Positions 26,028 to 32,000 of a stretch of 32,000 bases of DNA are shown in pieces. Made by a program: the position numbers and the translations under genes. Origin of the DNA: Vibrio cholerae ATCC 14035 (GTDB lineage Bacteria; Pseudomonadota; Gammaproteobacteria; Enterobacterales; Vibrionaceae). The DNA lies in contig NZ_JHXR01000011.1 of the NCBI RefSeq assembly GCF_000621645.1, positions 120,001-152,000 on the forward strand. Reading direction: 5' to 3'. Below the pieces are notes generated by a model that was not told the DNA's origin, did not search any database, and was given only the letters and a program-made list of their open reading frames with translations. How positions within the stretch are numbered: position 1 is the first letter of the stretch; each line of letters opens with the position of its first letter.

Positions 26028-26897
26028 CTAGCCAATTTTTCCCGTTTCGATCAGTTGTTGCAGCAGCGGGCGCACAATCAAATCCATCGCAAAACTCATT
26101 TTACCGCCGGGGACGACAATGGTGTTGTGGCGTGACATAAACGAGCCATCAATCATCGCCAGCAAGTACGGGAAATCGACGTTTTTGATGCCACGAAAAC
26201 GGATCACCACAAAACTCTCATCCAGCGTTGGAATGCCTTTGGCATTGAGTGGGTTCGAAGTATCGACCGTAGGCACACGTTGAAAGTTGATGTGGGTGCG
26301 CGAAAATTGCGGGGTGATGAATTTAAGGTAGTCGTCCATTGAGCGAACAATCGAATCCATCACCGCTTCGCGTGAATGGCCGCGATCGCGCGTGTCGCGC
26401 ACGTATTTTTGGATCCACTCAAGGTTAACTATGGGTACCATGCCAATCAAAAAATCGACGTGTTGCGCGACATTAACATCGCCATCAACGACGCCGCCGT
26501 GCAAGCCTTCATAAAACAGCACATCGGAGTTTTCAGGCAGCGACTGCCAAGGGGTAAATGTACCGGGCATCTGGTTATACGGTACCGCTTCATCAAAGGT
26601 GTGCAAGTAGCGGCGTACTTGGCCGGTGCCTACTTTTCCATATTGGCGGAAGAATTCTTCCAGTGTAGGGAAATCGTTGGCTTGCGGACCAAAGTAGCTG
26701 ATATGGCGGCCTTGCTCACGCGCTTTGCGGATTTCCACATCCATTTCTGGGCGAGTAAAACGGTGGAAACTGTCGCCTTCCACCCAAGCGGGTTTGATGT
26801 TCATCATATTGAACATCTTGCGAAAGGCTTCTGAGGTGGTGGTGGTACCGGCGCCGGAAGAACCGGTCACCGCAATAATCGGATGTTTGGCTGACAT
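26028..26897 (-). CDS. prkB: Phosphoribulokinase-family protein (PrkB homologue)
   Basis: 289 aa. P-loop AVTGSSGAGTTT and PRK/uridine-kinase-family blocks. Conserved crp-proximal position next to yheU/yheT/yheS. Confidence 0.9.
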   Translation of the reverse strand: MSAKHPIIAVTGSSGAGTTTTSEAFRKMFNMMNIKPAWVEGDSFHRFTRPEMDVEIRKAREQGRHISYFGPQANDFPTLEEFFRQYGKVGTGQVRRYLHTFDEAVPYNQMPGTFTPWQSLPENSDVLFYEGLHGGVVDGDVNVAQHVDFLIGMVPIVNLEWIQKYVRDTRDRGHSREAVMDSIVRSMDDYLKFITPQFSRTHINFQRVPTVDTSNPLNAKGIPTLDESFVVIRFRGIKNVDFPYLLAMIDGSFMSRHNTIVVPGGKMSFAMDLIVRPLLQQLIETGKIG

Positions 26898-26993
26898 GAC
26901 AAACCTTGTCCTTTAAGTCCTTGATTTTGGTGCTAACTTAGACACCTTCCGAAAAATGACTATAGCACGGAAAATGCTGTCGTCACGACATGG

Positions 26994-27203
26994 CTAAAAC
27001 GGATGGCATTTAATATCCACGGTTTCATGCAATTCTGAATAGACGATCACAGCTTGTCCAGATTGTAATTGAGTACGTACCTGAGCAATTTTCTCTTCTA
27101 GCGAGACTTCAATATCGCCATAGTCGGTGCCTTCACGCAGCACAAATTCACGGATCAAATTGTCGAGTGTGTCTGGCGCAATCTCTTGCCATGGAATGAT
27201 CAT
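26994..27203 (-). CDS. yheU: UPF0270-family small protein (YheU homologue)
   Basis: 69 aa. [29 protein letters not shown] matches the YheU family pattern. Position between yheT and prkB. Confidence 0.8.
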   Translation of the reverse strand: MIIPWQEIAPDTLDNLIREFVLREGTDYGDIEVSLEEKIAQVRTQLQSGQAVIVYSELHETVDIKCHPF

Positions 27204-27263
27204 AAATACCTCTTTATTTTATGATGGCGCTTTTTTATGACGGTTCTTTTGTATGACTGAAAG

Positions 27264-27295
27264 AAACGACGAGTTGCCGCCACGCTCAGTCGTTT
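27264..27295 (-). terminator. Possible terminator or processing hairpin downstream of yheT
   Basis: On the minus strand, AAACGAC-T-GAG pairs with CTC-GTCGTTT (7 + 3 bp with one bulge, 11-nt loop), followed by CTTTC. The U-tract is imperfect. Confidence 0.3.
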
Positions 27296-27331
27296 GAATG
27301 TCGCTTTCATCTGTGGAGAAGGAATCGTGGA

Positions 27332-28321
27332 TTAGCTGGGCTGTAGAAAATCATCTCGCAGCGGTGCGTAATACTCGGGTAGAGCTTGCTCTAACCAAAA
27401 ATACGGTTTAAGCCATGAACCGCTCAGGAAACCCACATGGCCGCCATGCTCGAAGAGACGATAGCGGATATTGTCAGGTAGCGGAAAATTGGGGATCACC
27501 GCTTCAGTCATAAAAGGATCGTCTTTGGCGTGGATGATCTGAGTCGGGACGCGGATCTGAGTCAGCTGTTTAATCCCAGAGCACTGCTGGTAATAATCGG
27601 CTGCATCATGAAAACCGTGCAGCGGCGCGGTGATCACATCATCAAACTCGGCGAGTTTAGCGATCGCACGGATTCGCTCAGGGCTCAGTGGCAAAGCGTT
27701 TTCCAGCAGTGGGTATTTCGCGATGGCATTTTTCTTCAATGAAGAGAGCAGATAGGCTCGATACACTTTGGAAAAGCCCTGTTCGATACGTTGTGAGCAG
27801 GCGGCTAAATCGAGTGGCGCAGAAATCAAGGTGGCGGCCGTGACGATAGGATCATCCCGATACTGCGCAAGATAGTTGGCGAGCATGTTACCGCCTAGTG
27901 AAACACCGACGGCAACGATCGGACGCTCTGGTAATTGTTTACGCAGATACTCCAGCACAAAACGCGCATCGCCCGTTTCGCCAGAGTGGTAAGCGCGTGC
28001 TAAGTGGTTGGGTTTACCACTGCAACCGCGAAAATGCATCATCACCGAGAGCCAGCCTTGCCGCGCAAAGGCGTGCATCAAGCCGTTCGCGTAAGGGCTT
28101 TTGAAGCTGCCTTCTAAGCCGTGGAACAACACAAACAGCGGCTTACGCTGCGCGTGTGGTGTGCGCCAATCTTCGCTCCAAGCAAGATCGAGAAAATCAC
28201 CATCAGGCGTGAATAGCGTTTGCCATTCGGCACTAAACAGCGGCTGTTTTCGCAGCAAGCGAGGCAGCAGAGTTTGTAAGTGGGGATTTTTCAGCCCCTT
28301 AGCAGCAATAAACGTGATCAT
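27332..28321 (-). CDS. yheT: Alpha/beta-fold hydrolase (YheT / ABHD1-3-like)
   Basis: 329 aa. Nucleophile elbow GVSLGG, acid in HAKDDPF, and His in EHGGHVGF. Its ATG overlaps the stop of the upstream gene (ATGA). Confidence 0.85.
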   Translation of the reverse strand: MITFIAAKGLKNPHLQTLLPRLLRKQPLFSAEWQTLFTPDGDFLDLAWSEDWRTPHAQRKPLFVLFHGLEGSFKSPYANGLMHAFARQGWLSVMMHFRGCSGKPNHLARAYHSGETGDARFVLEYLRKQLPERPIVAVGVSLGGNMLANYLAQYRDDPIVTAATLISAPLDLAACSQRIEQGFSKVYRAYLLSSLKKNAIAKYPLLENALPLSPERIRAIAKLAEFDDVITAPLHGFHDAADYYQQCSGIKQLTQIRVPTQIIHAKDDPFMTEAVIPNFPLPDNIRYRLFEHGGHVGFLSGSWLKPYFWLEQALPEYYAPLRDDFLQPS

Positions 28322-28803
28322 GATGTTGGAGTATCGGATTCTCGGTACGGAGCTGAAAAAAGCTCGGCTAAGTATTCTGCGCCAAGCATTTTACAGTATT
28401 GCAGAGTGAGCGATAGATCTTGCGCAGGATGAAGTGTCATTCGATTGAGACAATGGACCAAATCCGCTTGCTGTTGCTTTTCTAATTGCAGCTCAAACTG
28501 CAGAGCCTCGCGATAGAGCGTGTCTGGCAAATGGCTTTTCAAGCGTCGCCGCAAATCACGAAAATCGTGCAGCAGAGTTTCCGAATGACTCAAACATTCC
28601 AGCACCGTCGGCCAGTCAGTTTCCGCAAAAGTGAGCTGCTGTTCATCTAGCCATTTGAGTAACAGCAGCAGATTGACATTGCCGTGATGGCTATTTTGCA
28701 ATCGTAAGCACGCCTCTTTTACCTCGCGCACACTGTAATACTGCAAACTGAATTGCCAGAGTCTTTCCAGTGTTAATCTTGGTTTGGCGTGCTCATCACT
28801 CAT
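28318..28803 (-). CDS. Conserved hypothetical protein, 161 aa, predicted all-helical, cytoplasmic (I believe TIGR02444/DUF2390 family)
   Basis: The ORF fits exactly between yheS and yheT. The yheS stop TAA (28806..28804) abuts its ATG (28803..28801). Its TGA overlaps the yheT ATG at 28321..28318. No TM helix, signal peptide or catalytic motif is recognisable. Confidence 0.7.
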   Translation of the reverse strand: MSDEHAKPRLTLERLWQFSLQYYSVREVKEACLRLQNSHHGNVNLLLLLKWLDEQQLTFAETDWPTVLECLSHSETLLHDFRDLRRRLKSHLPDTLYREALQFELQLEKQQQADLVHCLNRMTLHPAQDLSLTLQYCKMLGAEYLAELFSAPYRESDTPTS

Positions 28804-30720
28804 TTATCCGTTGAACTCCCGTTCCATCTCTTCCAAGGTTTCTTGTTCGGCCATCCATTCTAGCTCGACTTGCTCAAGCTCGGATTTGGCGGCGGCTTGT
28901 TTAGCCAACACCTCAGTCAGTGTCGCTTTATTCTGTGCTTCGTACAGTGAGGTGTCCGACAATTGTGCTTCCATCTCACTGACAACGTGGTTCAACTTAT
29001 CGAGTTTCTCTTCTAACTGTGTCAGCTTTTTGCGAATTGGCGCAGTGAGCTTACGAAAATCGGCTTCACGGCGCTTTTGCTCTTTTTTCGCCGCGGCACT
29101 GTTCGCGCTATTCGCAGTATTGGTCGGTTGGGTTTCTTTACGCTCGGCTTTTTGCTGATCGGTAAGCCATTTGTAGTAGTCATTCAAGTCACCATCAAAC
29201 GGGCCGACTTGGTGATCATGCACTAAATAGAGATCATCGGTGGTGGCACGCAGCAAGTAGCGATCATGGCTGACAATGACCATTGCGCCTTCATAGCTTT
29301 GTAGCGCAAGGGTTAGCGCCTGACGCATATCCAAATCCAAATGGTTGGTGGGTTCGTCAAGCAGCAGTAAGTTGGGCTTTTGCCACACAATCAGTGCCAG
29401 CACTAAACGGGCCTTTTCACCACCCGAGAAGGGCGCGACTTTTTCGAGTGCTTTCTCACCATGGAAACCAAAGCTGCCTAAGTAGTTACGCAGCTCGAGC
29501 TCATTTTTGTCTGGCGCGATTTGCATCATGTGTTGCAGCGGCGTTTCTTCTGGATGCAGTGTTTCCAACTGATGCTGCGCAAAGTAACCAATTTTCACCC
29601 CTTGCGAGTATGTGCAGTCACCCGATTGCGGTTTGAGCTCACCCGAGAGCAGTTTGATCAAGGTGGATTTACCTGCGCCGTTACGACCAAGCAGACCGAT
29701 GCGACTGCCCGGCACCAGATTGAGGCGGATCTTCTCGAGGATGAGGTTATCGCCGTAGCCCGCTGCGACCTGATCCATCATCAGGATCGGGTTCGGCAGC
29801 GCGGCAGGTTCACGAAATTCAAAGCTGAACGGGTTATCAAACTGGGCGGGCAGCACTTTTTCCATCCGCTCCAGCGCTTTAATCCGGCTTTGGGCTTGGC
29901 GAGCTTTCGACGCTTTATAGCGGAAGCGATCAATATAGCTTTGCATGTGCGCCATCTGCTTTTGTTGCTTTTGATAGATGGCTTGTTGCTGAAGCATTTT
30001 CTGTGCGCGCTGAGTTTCAAACGACGAGTAGTTGCCCGTGTATTCATTCAGCGTCTGATTTTCAATATGCACAATGCGATTGACGATTGGGTCGAGGAAA
30101 TCGCGGTCATGGGAAATCAGGATCAGCGTGCCGGGGTAGCTTTGCAGCCAACGCTCTAGCCACATCACCGCATCCAAATCCAAGTGGTTGGTCGGTTCGT
30201 CGAGCAGCAGTAAATCTGAGCGGCAAATCAGCGCTTGCGCGAGGTTTAAACGCATCCGCCAGCCACCAGAAAATTGGGTCAGGCTCCAGCTCATCTGCTC
30301 TTGAGTAAAGCCTAAACCGTCAAGCAGTTCTGAGGCGCGAGCGCGAATGCTGTAACCACCGACCATCTCGATTTTGCCATGCAAATCGGCCACTTTGGTG
30401 CCGTTGTCGGCCGCTTCTGCGTCCATCAATTGGCGTTCAAGTTCGCGGTATTCGCGATCGCCATCGATGACGTATTCCAATGCTGTGCGATCCAGCGCCG
30501 GGGTTTCCTGTGCTACCCAAGCCAGCTCCCAGTGCGCTGGTTTACTGAAGGAGCCCGCATCAATGGTGAGTTCATCTTTCAGCAGTGCAAAGAGAGTGGA
30601 TTTGCCGCAGCCGTTTTTGCCCACTAAGCCGACTTTGTCGCCGGGATGAATGGTGGCTGAAGCTTGCTCAAGGAGTGGTTTGCCGCCACGCAGTAGCTGA
30701 ATCTCAGAAAAGGTAATCAT
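28804..30720 (-). CDS. yheS: ABC-F family ATPase (ribosome-associated translation factor type), YheS homologue
   Basis: 638 aa. Two ABC cassettes (GKNGCGKST / LSGGWRMR / LLLLDEPTNHLD and GRNGAGKST / FSGGEKAR / LLLLDEPTNHLD). There is an inter-domain linker, a charged coiled-coil C-terminal extension, and no TM domains. Confidence 0.92.
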   Translation of the reverse strand: MITFSEIQLLRGGKPLLEQASATIHPGDKVGLVGKNGCGKSTLFALLKDELTIDAGSFSKPAHWELAWVAQETPALDRTALEYVIDGDREYRELERQLMDAEAADNGTKVADLHGKIEMVGGYSIRARASELLDGLGFTQEQMSWSLTQFSGGWRMRLNLAQALICRSDLLLLDEPTNHLDLDAVMWLERWLQSYPGTLILISHDRDFLDPIVNRIVHIENQTLNEYTGNYSSFETQRAQKMLQQQAIYQKQQKQMAHMQSYIDRFRYKASKARQAQSRIKALERMEKVLPAQFDNPFSFEFREPAALPNPILMMDQVAAGYGDNLILEKIRLNLVPGSRIGLLGRNGAGKSTLIKLLSGELKPQSGDCTYSQGVKIGYFAQHQLETLHPEETPLQHMMQIAPDKNELELRNYLGSFGFHGEKALEKVAPFSGGEKARLVLALIVWQKPNLLLLDEPTNHLDLDMRQALTLALQSYEGAMVIVSHDRYLLRATTDDLYLVHDHQVGPFDGDLNDYYKWLTDQQKAERKETQPTNTANSANSAAAKKEQKRREADFRKLTAPIRKKLTQLEEKLDKLNHVVSEMEAQLSDTSLYEAQNKATLTEVLAKQAAAKSELEQVELEWMAEQETLEEMEREFNG

Positions 30721-30842
30721 AAAAAATCGTTTATCGCCCGTTGAATTTTCGCTCGGAATAGTAGGTGGAATAAGGATAAATGTCGATCATTATACAAATT
30801 GGGTTATGATGCTGAGTAACGGATTAGTAACAAATCAGCGGA

Positions 30843-31433
30843 GTGCGCAACTTGGTCAACCGAGAGCAAACGAAAGCCAAAGTGCTGGTGGTGTATGCGC
30901 ACCCAGATCCACAACACTCCGTTGCCAATCAGGTGATGATGGAAAAGATTGCCGATTTAGAGCATGTTTCGATTATCGACCTCTACGCCACTTACCCCAA
31001 TTTCTTTATTGATGTGCATGCCGAGCAGCAGCGCTTGCGGGAACATGATGTGCTGGTGTTGCAACATCCCCTCTATATGTATTCCTGCCCTGCTCTTTTA
31101 AAAGAGTGGATTGATCGCGTGTTGAGCAAAGGTTTCGCCTTCGGTAAACAGAGTGAGCTGAAAGGGAAACTTTGGCGCAGTGTGATTACCACTGGCGGCA
31201 ACCACACCGCCTACGATCAACGCGGTTATAACCGTTATCCGCTGAATGAAATCCTGCAGCCGTTCGAGCTCAGTGCGGCTTTGTGTCAGATGCACTGGAT
31301 TGAGCCTTTGGTGCTGTATTGGTCACGCAACATCAGTGATCAAGAGCGTGCGCAACATGCAGAGCGTTATCGGCAATGGTTACAAGAGATCGCCCACTGG
31401 CAAGGAGAGCCGTATGACGCCACTGACCAGTGA
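30843..31433 (+). CDS. kefG: Glutathione-regulated K+ efflux system ancillary protein KefG (flavodoxin-like NAD(P)H oxidoreductase fold)
   Basis: [20 protein letters not shown]...[27 protein letters not shown] is collinear with E. coli KefG. The start is uncertain: GTG 30843 or TTG 30852 (GGAG 9 nt upstream of the latter). It overlaps the kefB start by 20 nt. Confidence 0.88.
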   Translation: MRNLVNREQTKAKVLVVYAHPDPQHSVANQVMMEKIADLEHVSIIDLYATYPNFFIDVHAEQQRLREHDVLVLQHPLYMYSCPALLKEWIDRVLSKGFAFGKQSELKGKLWRSVITTGGNHTAYDQRGYNRYPLNEILQPFELSAALCQMHWIEPLVLYWSRNISDQERAQHAERYRQWLQEIAHWQGEPYDATDQ

Positions 31434-32000
31434 TTTTCTCAGTAGCAGTGTCGTCTTTCTTAGCGCTGCGGTGATTGCCGTCCCCCTTGCGCAGCGCGCG
31501 GGATTAGGCTCTGTGCTTGGCTATTTGCTGGCGGGGATTGCGATTGGTCCATGGGGACTGGGCTTGATCCGCGATGTGCAAGCCATCATGCATTTTGCTG
31601 AGTTTGGCGTGGTGCTACTGCTGTTTCTGATTGGCTTAGAGCTCAACCCGAAAAAACTGTGGAATCTACGCGGCCCCATTTTAGGGCTAGGCGGCGCGCA
31701 AGTGGTGGTGACCACTGCGGTGCTTTCCAGTGTCGCGTATTTACTGGGTGTCAGTTGGCAAAGTGCGTTAGTCATCGGTATGGCGCTGGCGCTTTCATCG
31801 ACCGCGATCGCTCTGCGCGTGATTGAAGAGCACGGCTTAACGCGTACTGAGGCGGGACAATCGGGATTTGCGGTGCTGCTGTTTCAAGATATTGCGGTGA
31901 TCCCCATGTTGGCACTGCTGCCAATCCTCGCTGGAAACAGCAGTGGCGATTGGCTGAATGCCCTGTGGATGACGGGAGGAATTGCTGCTTTGTTACTGGG
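31414..32000 (+). CDS. kefB: Glutathione-regulated K+/H+ antiporter KefB (CPA2 family), N-terminal part; continues beyond the right window edge
   Basis: Not in the ORF track because no stop falls in the window. ATG 31414 is preceded by AAGGAGAG. Translation: [52 protein letters not shown]...[14 protein letters not shown]...[14 protein letters not shown], typical of KefB/KefC membrane domains. Confidence 0.9.
   Translation, partial: MTPLTSDFLSSSVVFLSAAVIAVPLAQRAGLGSVLGYLLAGIAIGPWGLGLIRDVQAIMHFAEFGVVLLLFLIGLELNPKKLWNLRGPILGLGGAQVVVTTAVLSSVAYLLGVSWQSALVIGMALALSSTAIALRVIEEHGLTRTEAGQSGFAVLLFQDIAVIPMLALLPILAGNSSGDWLNALWMTGGIAALLL

Noticed and set aside
26028-26897. prkB as evidence for a Calvin-cycle or autotrophy module
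   Set aside because: No RuBisCO, carboxysome or other CBB genes are nearby. The same isolated prkB next to crp occurs in heterotrophic enterobacteria.
29521-30159. Antisense or alternative-frame ORFs of 60-212 aa inside known genes. Examples: 29521-30159 and 28784-29158 in yheS, 26376-26834 in prkB, 20528-20956 in argD, 22764-23198 in astD, 5685-6110 in pilQ, 12357-12788 across gph/trpS, 16265-16654 in xds, and 25895-26140 in the crp-prkB spacer.
   Set aside because: All lie fully within, or opposite to, strongly supported genes. Their composition is low-complexity or Arg/Ser/Cys-rich, typical of antisense frames. They have no RBS and resemble no protein family I recognise.
1-32000. Searched the whole window for a mobile element, genomic island boundary, CRISPR array, tRNA/rRNA gene, toxin-antitoxin pair or defence-type operon
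   Set aside because: No integrase, transposase or recombinase-like ORF is present. There are no direct-repeat arrays and no tRNA-like cloverleaf in any spacer. There is no obvious compositional break. Every sizeable ORF belongs to a recognisable housekeeping family, in an order syntenic with E. coli.

Overview
The window reads as conserved core chromosome of a Vibrio, almost certainly Vibrio cholerae chromosome 1. From memory it matches the N16961 stretch VC2635 down to VC2607. I could account for every ORF of meaningful length with a housekeeping family. Gene order: mrcA (-, partial); the translationally coupled type IV pilus assembly operon pilMNOPQ (+); the 'dam superoperon' aroK-aroB-damX-dam-rpe-gph-trpS (+); an orphan periplasmic solute-binding-like protein; the extracellular nuclease Xds (LTD + OB-like + EEP domains, GlyGly-CTERM tail); rimO (-); pabA; argD/astC-astA-astD; a short DUF1338 protein; crp (-); prkB-yheU-yheT-(161-aa unknown)-yheS (-); and kefG-kefB (+, partial). 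I found no tRNA or rRNA gene, CRISPR array, IS element, integrase, att-like repeat or toxin/defence-type gene pair. I therefore cannot support a new multi-gene system here. The synteny is essentially that of the E. coli 75-76 min region. Relative to E. coli there appear to be a few lineage-specific insertions: SBP-like gene + xds + rimO, astA-astD + DUF1338, and the 161-aa gene between yheS and yheT. The items most worth a second look are four. (1) The uncharacterised protein locked by stop/start junctions between the ABC-F factor YheS and hydrolase YheT. (2) A DamX homologue whose cytoplasmic domain carries clear Walker A/B motifs (ExeA-like), directly downstream of the PilQ secretin operon. 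(3) A roughly 100-nt multi-hairpin RNA element exactly at the argD/astC-astA junction. (4) A set of mutually exclusive inverted repeats in the pilQ-aroK spacer. All functional ideas are inference and their scores are modest. Several ORF-track starts are upstream over-extensions; I moved them to the start supported by a Shine-Dalgarno sequence and homology.
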